Made by a program: the position numbers and the translations under genes | Source: a virus | Lineage: Duplodnaviria > Caudoviricetes | Direction: 5' to 3' (one strand) | Virus record (IMG/VR): IMGVR_UViG_3300035338_000022 | Coordinates: 1-43,327 of that record | DNA: 43,327 nt | The notes under the pieces: generated by a model | Seen by the model: the letters and a program-made list of their open reading frames with translations, nothing else | Told to the model about the DNA's origin: nothing | Databases searched by the model: none | In this document: positions 34,625 to 43,327 of the stretch, piece after piece | Layout of the letters: each line of letters opens with the position of its first letter | How positions within the stretch are numbered: position 1 is the first letter of the stretch

Positions 34625-34912
34625 TACAAACTCATCAAGCTTGATCTTGAGTAAAATTTATACTTCAATCTTAATTCCTCGACTGACATACGGTATGATT
34701 GCACTAGCCTTTTCAAAGCGTGGATACTATCCAGATTTTGTGACTCGATGAAGCGCTTTATCCAGAAATCCTCCTAATTACTTGTGGTTAAGAGAATCGT
34801 TTAATGTCCCCTGAAGTGTAGTCAGTTTCCTCGCTCTTTCCCCTCCCGCTTTACGGCCGGATGATCCCACCTGCGACAAGGTTAGTTATTCAATTATCAA
34901 TGACCTTTTCGT

Positions 34913-35143
34913 TCAAACAGTTGCCTTCGATGTACTCTTCTTCTGAGATGACCGACAAATGTGATCGAATAAGTCCTCGACGGGCATCTCGAATGCTCGT
35001 GCAAGCAGAATGGCCTTTGAAAGGGTTGGCTCGTGCTTACCGTTTTCGATTTCAGTGATTGAACTCTGAGCAATGCCGGTAAGCTTAGCCAGATGGGTCA
35101 CAGTCATTCTCTTTTCTAGTCTGAGTTTCTTAAGTTTGGTCAT
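34913..35143 (-). CDS. cro: Cro-like HTH regulator
   Basis: LKKLRLEKRMTVTHLAKLTGIAQSSITEIENGKHEP; divergent from cI. Confidence 0.88.
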   Translation of the reverse strand: MTKLKKLRLEKRMTVTHLAKLTGIAQSSITEIENGKHEPTLSKAILLARAFEMPVEDLFDHICRSSQKKSTSKATV

Positions 35144-35159
35144 TTGGTCACCTCATCAT

Positions 35160-35263
35160 ATATCGGTATTACGATATTATCATAATTCCGATATTGGGAG
35201 TGTTTTCTGATAAGTAAAATCGATATTACGATATTGGTACAGAGAATATCGAAATTGTGATAT
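35160..35263. promoter_or_regulatory. Four repressor operators, consensus ATATCG-N6-CGATAT
   Basis: Sites at 35160-35177, 35177-35194, 35217-35234 and 35246-35263. Confidence 0.85.
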
Positions 35264-35283
35264 ACTTTCGGGGGGATATGTAT

Positions 35284-35952
35284 ATGGAGCTGCTTATAAT
35301 GGATGTAGATCTCTTTGGTGAGAGACTCAGAAAGATCAGAACAGAAAGAAATCTGAACCAGGATGATCTTGCTGCGCTAAGCGGTGTAGCTCAAGCTACT
35401 ATCTCGGAATATGAATCCGGCAAAAGAAGAGCTGCTCCCAGAAGCGATCAGGTTGCTAAACTTGCTACAGTTCTGGGTGTTACAGCAGATTATCTCCTTG
35501 GCCTTGTTGATATTCCAAATGCCAACCTTACAGGTGAAGTATCCACCTCTAGCCTGAAGCCTCAGAAAGAGATCCCGATCCTGGGGAAAGTCGCTGCAGG
35601 CTCTGGAGTGCCTGCGGAAGAAGACATTGTCGGATACGCTTCAGTTGATCAGGCGGACGCGGCAGATTTCGCTCTCACTGTGACAGGCTTCAGCATGTTC
35701 CCGAAACTGCTTGACGGTGATGTCGTTTTCGTTCGAAAGCAGCCGGTCGCCAGGAATGGCCAGATGGTAGTTGTGAGAATAAACGGCCAGGAAGGCGTCA
35801 TAAAATACTTCCAGAAGAGATCTGACATGGTAATTCTTACCTCTGAAAATCCTGAGTACAAGCCTATTAGAATAGATAAAGATAGATGGGACGCCGAATG
35901 TGCTATTATCGGAGTAGTTGTTGGTTTGAAGAGAAAGTTTTCTGATTCTTGA
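35284..35952 (+). CDS. cI: CI/LexA-like repressor (HTH plus S24 peptidase)
   Basis: N-terminal HTH, VAAG cleavage site, GFSM serine and IK lysine; start could be 35278, 35284 or 35299. Confidence 0.93.
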   Translation: MELLIMDVDLFGERLRKIRTERNLNQDDLAALSGVAQATISEYESGKRRAAPRSDQVAKLATVLGVTADYLLGLVDIPNANLTGEVSTSSLKPQKEIPILGKVAAGSGVPAEEDIVGYASVDQADAADFALTVTGFSMFPKLLDGDVVFVRKQPVARNGQMVVVRINGQEGVIKYFQKRSDMVILTSENPEYKPIRIDKDRWDAECAIIGVVVGLKRKFSDS

Positions 35953-36225
35953 TTTACTTTCCTTCTAGGGCCAACGAAGCAGTAAATACGATTGGAATGG
36001 TGTTAGTGTGAAGGAAGTCTTTGTGCTTCTGCTTTTGCTGCTCTCTCTTGTTGTCTTCGCGTCAAAAGTTTTTCTACTCATTTATAGGGAGATGCAGAAA
36101 ATAATCTAAGGGATACTCGCTTTCTCTCTTGTGTAATTCAATCTGTTTTGACTGAAGCCGGAAAACTCGCGATCTATTCCTTAATCCAATTCTGAAAGTC
36201 TTTAGTGATAAAGGGGGCTCAAAGA

Positions 36226-36786
36226 GTGCCAAAAAGCAAAATATACTATACTCTGCATAAGTACTGGAGATTGTGCCTGAAATTCTATAGTGATCAAGAC
36301 TATCCTTTGGCAGCGTTTTTTGCTGCTACACTAATAGAAGAAACTGGTAAGGCAGTGATGATAAAGGAACACGAGGCTCAAGAAGTCACTGGCGGAGTTC
36401 CCAAGAAAACCTTCAGAGATCATCAGGCGAAGTATTTGGAAGCAGTCTCGTGGGCTCTATTTGTCAACCTTAGAGTTACGAGAATATATGGAAATATAGA
36501 GAAACGATTTGGGAAGTGGTTCAAGAAAGGAAGGATTTTCAAAATACGAAATGCGGGTCTCTATATTGAAAAGGGAAAGAGAGGATTTCATACTCCTGAT
36601 GAAAGAGTCTCGAAAACTACTGCATTCATAATGGTGTGCTTTGCGGGAGAGATTTTCGGTGAAATTCAGGGTGATATTCTAGGCACTGGTCCAGAAGAAT
36701 TCAAGGAAATCATACAAGAAATTGACAGGTTTATAGGAGAGAACGCGGCTACTTTCAAGGAAGCTCTCAAGGAAATACCAGTCTAG
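36226..36786 (+). CDS. AbiV-family (HEPN) abortive infection protein
   Basis: LAAFFAATLIEETGKA, DHQAK and RNAGLYIE match the AbiV pattern EExGK...HxxK...RxxxLY. Confidence 0.72.
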   Translation: MPKSKIYYTLHKYWRLCLKFYSDQDYPLAAFFAATLIEETGKAVMIKEHEAQEVTGGVPKKTFRDHQAKYLEAVSWALFVNLRVTRIYGNIEKRFGKWFKKGRIFKIRNAGLYIEKGKRGFHTPDERVSKTTAFIMVCFAGEIFGEIQGDILGTGPEEFKEIIQEIDRFIGENAATFKEALKEIPV

Positions 36787-37057
36787 GTACACATGAGAAC
36801 TAAATCAATGAAGGTACCTTCTATATTGCTGTCGGAGGTTATGAAATCGTCGTTGAGGAGAAGATTTGGTGATAGATCATCTCTTAACTTAGCGTTGAAG
36901 CGAAGCGACTTTCACGAGAGAATTACGAGATCTGAGGGAAGATGCTCTGATACTCGACTATAGTGAAGAAGCGATAGCAAACCGAGCATATAGCTTTCTT
37001 GCTGTGAGAAGTATCTGTACGTCGACATTAATAAACTATCAAGGAGGGAGTATCACG

Positions 37058-37549
37058 ATGAAATCTGATGTTTCTCTTGAAGCGTCAAAGTATCCTTTCG
37101 AAGAATACTTCGCAGATTACTCTGTTTCTGAAGAAACAAGAAATAAGTTGATCACAAAGGATATTCTAATACTGCCTGAACCCCATGAACATTCGAAATA
37201 CTATTTCGCGCAGGAATCCTTAGATTTCCTAAAATTTTGTAAGTCACTAGATGATGGGGTTAATCTGGACATTCTAGCAGATAGTAACAGGATAATAGTT
37301 TTTGAACGTCGTTCATTTGACATATGGATGCCGACAATTTGGATTGCGGAGAAAGTCCTACTTCCGATTGTTGTGGGGCTTGTTACCAGTTATATTCTTA
37401 GAAGGATTAGGGGACGAGAAAAAGAAGAATGCAAGGTAAATCTTTCCATCATTGTAAAAAACGGTGAAGAATCAAAGGAGCTGAGGTATAACGGTGATGC
37501 AAAAACATTCAGAGAAAAGTTTGACAATATTGACCTGGATAACCTATAA
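37058..37549 (+). CDS. Hypothetical protein with one hydrophobic helix
   Basis: AAGGAGG RBS; VLLPIVVGLVTSYIL. Confidence 0.75.
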   Translation: MKSDVSLEASKYPFEEYFADYSVSEETRNKLITKDILILPEPHEHSKYYFAQESLDFLKFCKSLDDGVNLDILADSNRIIVFERRSFDIWMPTIWIAEKVLLPIVVGLVTSYILRRIRGREKEECKVNLSIIVKNGEESKELRYNGDAKTFREKFDNIDLDNL

Positions 37550-37557
37550 GGCTGAGT

Positions 37558-38325
37558 ATGCTGAAACGCTTTTTTGAGTATTCATATCTTGCGGAAGTTA
37601 AGCAAATTGCTAGTGCATTGCATGACAAGAAGCTTGAGCTTCAATCATACAACTTCAGTAGACCTTACGAAGGGTTCCAGGAAGCTGAAGCTCTTCTTGA
37701 TCGAATCAAGGAATATGCAGTTGAACACAAGATAGAGGAACTAGCAAATGCTCAATTGATCGCAAGAACTTATTTTAGGATGTTCTGCCAGCTATCGGAG
37801 TACTTCAAATTGCTTTTCAGTGAGGAATACGAAAAAACATGGAATGTCCTACAGAGCTGTTTAGACTCCGCTTTTCTTGTGGGTCAACATACAGCTATTG
37901 AGAACAGATGTGAGGTGCCTCAGATTGTAGACCTGTTAACTGGATACGAGGGTTTGTACCCATACAGGTTTTTCGGTAGTGTAGAAATGGTCATCCTTAA
38001 ATCAGAATGTAGTATTTGTGGCAACGCCTTTAGCAGTAATGATTGTCCACATATTAAAGGAAACCTTTACTGGGGTGAAATTGCACAAGAGATCATAACA
38101 GAAGTCGAGTCAGAAGCAGTAGCACTGGTTGAGCACCCATTAGATAAACGATGTGTGCTAGTGATGAGTAATGATAAGCGAACAGAAAAGGAGAAATTCG
38201 CTTTGCTAATTGCATTCACCAAGCAACACATATCCCCATTTCAGACATTTTCCATTGAAAAACAGGAAGCTGAACTACACTGTGTTTTTCATCTTGGTAC
38301 ATGTGTTTCTTTTCAGGAAAACTAG
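37558..38325 (+). CDS. Hypothetical protein with CxxC...CxH zinc motif
   Basis: CSICGNAFSSNDCPHIKG; starts 8 nt after the previous gene. Confidence 0.75.
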   Translation: MLKRFFEYSYLAEVKQIASALHDKKLELQSYNFSRPYEGFQEAEALLDRIKEYAVEHKIEELANAQLIARTYFRMFCQLSEYFKLLFSEEYEKTWNVLQSCLDSAFLVGQHTAIENRCEVPQIVDLLTGYEGLYPYRFFGSVEMVILKSECSICGNAFSSNDCPHIKGNLYWGEIAQEIITEVESEAVALVEHPLDKRCVLVMSNDKRTEKEKFALLIAFTKQHISPFQTFSIEKQEAELHCVFHLGTCVSFQEN

Positions 38326-38748
38326 CAATACTGCAAGGTATTTGGTGATTTATGACTGTTTACTAGCACAGTGCAGTTAAGTGGATAACAAGGATGCTTT
38401 TTTGCGTGGTTTTGTTAGTATTCTCTTAATGGTTTTCAAAAAGCGTGCTTTAGACTTTCCGTTTTGCGAACCACAGTTGGATTGAGAGACTAAGAGTGAA
38501 GGACGTAGCAACGACAAAGATGACTTACTAGCTAATCAAGTTTGAAGTTCCTCCTGAGAATATCTTGTTTACTGTTGATTGCCTACATCGTCCCACGAAA
38601 AAGAGTGACGGAGTGATAATGTGAGATAGTCTGATATGGATCGCCTGGTCTGCAAACTAGTACAATTCAGTGTTTGTTTTTACAATGAACCGTCAAATTC
38701 GTTGCAATCAAAGTCTTATTCTCATAACTCATTTTAGGAGGTATTATT

Positions 38749-39399
38749 ATGAAAGAGCTTACAAGACATGATCTCTTTTCTGAGGCAAAGGAATATGCAA
38801 AGATTCAGACGGGCCGTGAAGAAGTTCTCTTGTACGGAAAAACTGATGGAAAGGCAGTCGGAACTTTCTTTGAAAAGCGTTTCAAAGATCATCTAAAAGC
38901 CAATTATCAAGTGAAAATCGGGAACTCAGCAAAAGGGATTGATCTACCCGAGCTTGAGGTGGACATCAAAGTGACTAGTGTTGTTCAACCTCAATCGTCT
39001 TGTCCTTTTGATAATGCCGAGCAGAAGATTTACGGCCTTGGATATGATCTTCTGGTTTTCGTCTATCGAAAAGAAGATATCGGTGTTAGAAAAGTCGGAA
39101 AGCTTGACATATTGCATGTGATATATGTGGAGAAGCAAAGAACTGCCGATTTTCAGCTTACAAAGCAGATAACATCTATTCTAGAGAACAATGGGAACCT
39201 GGAGGACCTAATGTCGTTAATGTTCAACGTCAATCTCCCAGTTGATGATATACAAGCTAAGAAACTTGGGGAAAGGATCCTTACGAATCCTCCAGAGATT
39301 GGATATCTAACAATATCAAACGCCCTTCAATGGAGACTGCAGTACGCTAGAGTTATAAGTGAGGCAGGAAATGTGCAAGGAATTCATAGAATCTTGTGA
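38749..39399 (+). CDS. Type II restriction endonuclease, NspV-like
   Basis: PD-(D/E)xK-like GIDLPELEVDIKVT, TDGKAVGT and QPQSSCPF; adjacent to a methyltransferase. The NspV resemblance is from recall and unverified. Confidence 0.75.
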   Translation: MKELTRHDLFSEAKEYAKIQTGREEVLLYGKTDGKAVGTFFEKRFKDHLKANYQVKIGNSAKGIDLPELEVDIKVTSVVQPQSSCPFDNAEQKIYGLGYDLLVFVYRKEDIGVRKVGKLDILHVIYVEKQRTADFQLTKQITSILENNGNLEDLMSLMFNVNLPVDDIQAKKLGERILTNPPEIGYLTISNALQWRLQYARVISEAGNVQGIHRIL

Positions 39400-39408
39400 G
39401 GTGGTCAG

Positions 39409-40863
39409 GTGGCAACTAGTCAAAGAAAGATTGAATTTGGAGATTTTCAGACATCCTCTAAGCTTGCAAATACTATTTGTGAAAAGATTAAATCACGCCG
39501 TGAAGACTTTGGCAGTATTTTAGAACCAAACTGCGGATTGGGTTCATTCTTGGAGGCGGCGGTCAATTGCTTTCCAAATTGCAGATCAGTATTAGGTTAT
39601 GACATTAATGAAGACTATGTGAAACACGCAAGAAGAACCATCAACACTGTCTATCAAGATAGAGTAGACATTAAGAAAGGCGACTTTTTTTCTACTGATT
39701 GGAAAGAGGTTATCACGGAATTGGAGACACCCGTTCTGGTGGTCGGCAATCCTCCTTGGGTAACGAACTCAAAAATTGGGTCAATTAATGGTTCCAATCT
39801 CCCGTCCAAAGGAGAATATGGTAATACGCGAGGTTTCGATTCTCTTCTTGGAAAGAGCAATTTCGATATTTCACTTTGGATGATCATGAAACTGCTGGAT
39901 GCTTTGAACTCATCAGAAGGAACTCTAGCAATGTTGTGCAAGACATCTACTGCAAGAAAAGCAATGTTGCACGCATGGAGGAACAATCTTGATGTTAAGT
40001 ATGCAGCCATTTACAGCATTGATGCTAAGAAACATTTCAATGCTAACGTAAGCGCTTGTCTTTTTTTGGTTGAATTCGGCAAAGACCAAAGTTCCAATTT
40101 GCTCGATGTCTTCGATAAGCTAGAGAATAATCTCCCCGCATCTACTTCAAAATACGAAGATCAACGAATAATTAAGGATGTAGAAAGATATAGATCGACC
40201 GAATATCTCAACAATTCAATATTGGCCTCCCCATTCAAATGGCGATCAGGCATAAAGCATGATGCTGCGAAAGTTCTGGAGTTGACAGTTCGAAACGGTG
40301 TTATGTATAACGGATTTGATGAGATTGTTGAGATCGAGGATGAATATATCTATCCTCTTAAGAAGGGTTCTGATTTGGCAAGAGGAAAGACTGAAAATAG
40401 AGACCGAAGAGTTATTGTAACTCAAAAAAGAATAGGTGAGGATACATCAACGATACATGATAGAGCACCCAAAACATGGGAATACCTAGTCTCTCATTCA
40501 CAAATTCTTGACAAAAGAAAGAGCAGAGTTTACCTATCTAAACCCCGTTTCTCCGTATTTGGTGTTGGAGACTATGCATTTGCGCCTTGGAAAATCGCAA
40601 TTTCCAGTCTCTATAAGAGCCTGTATTTCAGGCTTGTAGGTCCATTGTTGAGCAAACCTGTTTTCTTTGATGATACGGTCTATTATCTCCCATTCGCCTC
40701 TGAAGATGAAGCTAAAAGGGTATTTGCTGCTTTGACAAGTAAAAAGGCCGCGGATTTTCTTGAGTCACAAATCTTCTGGGATGAAATGCGACCAATTACT
40801 GTGAATCTACTACAAAGACTCAACATTCAGAGGTTAATGGAAGCAGCATTAGAAGAACGGTAA
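39409..40863 (+). CDS. Amino-DNA methyltransferase, gamma class (probably m6A)
   Basis: Motif X (FGDFQTS), motif I (LEPNCGLGSFL) and motif IV (GNPPW), followed by a TRD. Confidence 0.9.
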   Translation: MATSQRKIEFGDFQTSSKLANTICEKIKSRREDFGSILEPNCGLGSFLEAAVNCFPNCRSVLGYDINEDYVKHARRTINTVYQDRVDIKKGDFFSTDWKEVITELETPVLVVGNPPWVTNSKIGSINGSNLPSKGEYGNTRGFDSLLGKSNFDISLWMIMKLLDALNSSEGTLAMLCKTSTARKAMLHAWRNNLDVKYAAIYSIDAKKHFNANVSACLFLVEFGKDQSSNLLDVFDKLENNLPASTSKYEDQRIIKDVERYRSTEYLNNSILASPFKWRSGIKHDAAKVLELTVRNGVMYNGFDEIVEIEDEYIYPLKKGSDLARGKTENRDRRVIVTQKRIGEDTSTIHDRAPKTWEYLVSHSQILDKRKSRVYLSKPRFSVFGVGDYAFAPWKIAISSLYKSLYFRLVGPLLSKPVFFDDTVYYLPFASEDEAKRVFAALTSKKAADFLESQIFWDEMRPITVNLLQRLNIQRLMEAALEER

Positions 40864-41137
40864 CAACAAAAACGAATATGACTAGAGTTGGGCGGATATA
40901 CCTAAGTTCGTCAAATCCTTTCATGTTCCACCTCCCATTGCTTTGCTGAACTTCACAGGTTTTGTTTAATCATATCACTTAATCTTTCGATACAAACATA
41001 GTGATAATAACTGTAGCCATCTTGAGGACTTGACAACTCTCCAGTACTAATAAGTCGAGTTAATTAGTGGGTATTGTTCTGAATGTTAACTGATGTAAAA
41101 TGACAGACGTGTAGTAATAACATTCAGGGGGATAGCA

Positions 41138-41404
41138 TTGAAAAGCGGGGAGATAGCCTACGAGATCCTGAGCGTCAGGGATTTTGGAATAGGTATGCGG
41201 AGGAGAAATGTTAAGGTCCAACTGCTAGATTATTCTCCATCCAGAGATCAACTCATGAAGATCACCGAAATCATCTGGAAAGAACATGGACAGGACGTTG
41301 AAGAACTCACGACCGTCTTCTATTTGCCGGGGATGGATCCGAAGTCAGTGGCGTATGCGTTTGGGGGATGTATGAAGGGGAAGGGGTGTTATGTGGACAT
41401 CTGA
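41138..41404 (+). CDS. Hypothetical protein
   Basis: GGGGGA RBS with TTG start; 88 aa. Confidence 0.6.
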   Translation: MKSGEIAYEILSVRDFGIGMRRRNVKVQLLDYSPSRDQLMKITEIIWKEHGQDVEELTTVFYLPGMDPKSVAYAFGGCMKGKGCYVDI

Positions 41405-41422
41405 TGAAAGGGGACTTACATA

Positions 41423-43327
41423 ATGAATGGAGAAGAAAACACACTTGAACAGAATGAGCCCTGCAGATTTAGTGGAACCTCTGGCGAGACACTCAAGGGT
41501 GGCATTCAAGGTGGACAATCTGACCGAAACAGAATAAGCGCAGACTCTGTCAAGCAGAAGTGCATATACCGCTCATTTTGTGACGACCTGAACGGGGGAG
41601 ATAGAGAGAGAGTGGTCTGCTTGAAGTGTCTCAAGATTTCACTTGATGATCTCTCTTGGAGAGAGAGAGCAGTATATAAATTTGAGCCCTACACCGAGAG
41701 TGTTGAAAAGATTACTCTTTCTGTCCAATACAGAAATCCATGTTACAAGTTCGACTTTTTAGATTGTGATTGTATCAAGGATGAACCAAAGAGCGTGTAT
41801 ATACCCTTGTTCACATTTGCGAAACCGCTGATGTTCTCTCTCAACATTTCTCAATCATTTGGAGACCAGCAATTCATTCTACAACGGTTCACTGAGGCCA
41901 GAGCAATGAGCAAGATATTCCTTGAGGAATCACGTTTGATTGCCAGATTGCATAACAAATTTGGCACAGATGACATTGAGCTTTTTTTGGCAGCTCTGAT
42001 GGCATCTGATGGTGGAAAGAGAATGGAACTTCCTCGCGAAAAAATACTCTACAATGACTTCTTTGATGAGGTAAGGCCTTATCTAAATCAAACCGAGCTC
42101 TTCAAACTGACACAAGCCATTGAGAAGAGCACCGATGCTTCTCTTAGAGATTATCTAAAGTTGATCAGGACAAACAGAAACAGTATCAAGGAGAAGTTCG
42201 AGACTTTGCGTGAAGGATCCTCTTCATCTGAAGCATGTTGGGAATCCAATTCTTCGCTTGTCAATCAGTGCGGTCATGAGCTGATTGAGTACCTTGGGGC
42301 ATGTGCTGGTACCATTCATGAGGAGTTCATTGAGAAGTCTTACTCGGCGTTTTCCTTTCCTGTCCACTCATTAAGAGACTATCTCTACTTGAAAAGCAAT
42401 TACGGTAGAGATTCTGCTGAGGTTCTATCTAGTGACAATGTGTTGAAATTCCTAGAAATGTGCGCAGAATATGAATCACTGATTTCAGGAGAACTCACTA
42501 GCATACTCGATACAATTAGTAATGTTTTGCCTAGTAGTTCTGAGAGTTCAACAGACGACTCTTCAAAACTATCAGGAATTGAAAGTTGCAAACCCAGATA
42601 CCTAGAACTGGTCTCTCTATCGGAGAATGTCAATAGGAGTTTTCTGGTTCTTGGTGCTGTTCCAACAAACGTCTTTCGGGCGCTCGTAAAAACCCATTTC
42701 ACGTCAAGAATGGCAATGTCTAGAAGTAATGTTGTAACACATACAATAAGTCTTGCTTCTGCCCAGAGCGTCCATGTGCACATAGCCACTGTTGACTCGG
42801 CTTACTCCATGAAAGACAAGCACTCTGATGAGGGATTCTTTGGACGTCGTATTAGCTCAAACAAAGTAATCCATAGAAACACAAGGAAATACTCTACTAC
42901 AGCACCTGCCATTTGCAGTCCGAAAGGTTTCTACCTGAATCTAGTCTCTGTAACAAGCACAAAAACCATATCAATGAAATACAAGCTATCGGGGACAATT
43001 GTTTGCTACTTCGCGATTCTTTTATCTTCGAGCATATTAGTTCTAATTTCCATGCTCTCTCAGCTTGGATTATTTAATTATCTAAGAGAGATCATATCCA
43101 ATGATCTCTTTATGAAGATTATTCCTAAAGTCTCCCCAGGTTCTTCAGCAACAACGATTTCCTTTCTTTCAGCAACAATAATCCCTCTTCTAGGAACAAT
43201 TATCCCTTTGCTCTTCCTTGACCACTGGAGCCTTGCGCATACGCTCCTCAGGGGCTGGAAGTGGACGATATTAATCGTAAATTTGGTAATCCTTATCACT
43301 ATAGCGATGACAATGTATTTCCAATGA
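41423..43327 (+). CDS. Hypothetical protein with about three C-terminal TM helices
   Basis: 634-aa ORF with a Cys/Ser-rich soluble region and a hydrophobic C-terminus. Confidence 0.65.
   Translation: MNGEENTLEQNEPCRFSGTSGETLKGGIQGGQSDRNRISADSVKQKCIYRSFCDDLNGGDRERVVCLKCLKISLDDLSWRERAVYKFEPYTESVEKITLSVQYRNPCYKFDFLDCDCIKDEPKSVYIPLFTFAKPLMFSLNISQSFGDQQFILQRFTEARAMSKIFLEESRLIARLHNKFGTDDIELFLAALMASDGGKRMELPREKILYNDFFDEVRPYLNQTELFKLTQAIEKSTDASLRDYLKLIRTNRNSIKEKFETLREGSSSSEACWESNSSLVNQCGHELIEYLGACAGTIHEEFIEKSYSAFSFPVHSLRDYLYLKSNYGRDSAEVLSSDNVLKFLEMCAEYESLISGELTSILDTISNVLPSSSESSTDDSSKLSGIESCKPRYLELVSLSENVNRSFLVLGAVPTNVFRALVKTHFTSRMAMSRSNVVTHTISLASAQSVHVHIATVDSAYSMKDKHSDEGFFGRRISSNKVIHRNTRKYSTTAPAICSPKGFYLNLVSVTSTKTISMKYKLSGTIVCYFAILLSSSILVLISMLSQLGLFNYLREIISNDLFMKIIPKVSPGSSATTISFLSATIIPLLGTIIPLLFLDHWSLAHTLLRGWKWTILIVNLVILITIAMTMYFQ

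Larger units (their letters stand above)
1..35952 (-). mobile_element. Temperate prophage (siphovirus-like tail, Mu-like head genes, lambdoid regulation and replication); boundaries not resolved
   Basis: Collinear modules cI/cro, recombination, replication, terminases, head, tail, DGR, lysis. No sheath, transposase or integrase recognised. Genes at 36-43 kb may be prophage cargo. Confidence 0.93.

Noticed and set aside
36008-36109. 33-aa signal-peptide-like ORF after cI
   Set aside because: No RBS and too short to support; it may be a gene remnant.
1-43327. tRNA/rRNA genes, integrase, att sites and host identity
   Set aside because: None recognised by eye. Composition and RBS style are loosely reminiscent of Thermotogota such as Mesotoga, but no host marker gene is present to support that.

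Overview
A near-complete temperate siphovirus-type prophage fills at least 1-35952, almost all on the minus strand. Reading from the right, it has a cI/cro switch with four operators, YqaJ/RecT recombination genes, a replication initiator with iterons plus a DnaC-like loader, a late regulator, terminases, a Mu-like head module, a non-contractile tail, receptor-binding genes and a lysis cassette. Between tail and lysis sits a complete diversity-generating retroelement (target with VR, avd, TR, spacer, RT). TR and VR match over 120 bp, and all 12 mismatches fall at TR adenines. Other notable items are a MuF protein with a C-terminal HExxH domain and a coupled small ORF (toxin/immunity-like), a -1 frameshift signal in the tail chaperone, a promoter/double-terminator/repeat region before terS, and a candidate structured RNA near 34 kb. 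Right of cI (36-43 kb) is an AT-richer plus-strand block with AbiV, an unknown two-gene pair, a type II restriction-modification system and hypotheticals. No integrase or att site was seen, so the prophage ends are unresolved. All protein calls come from motif recognition and gene order, not database searches.
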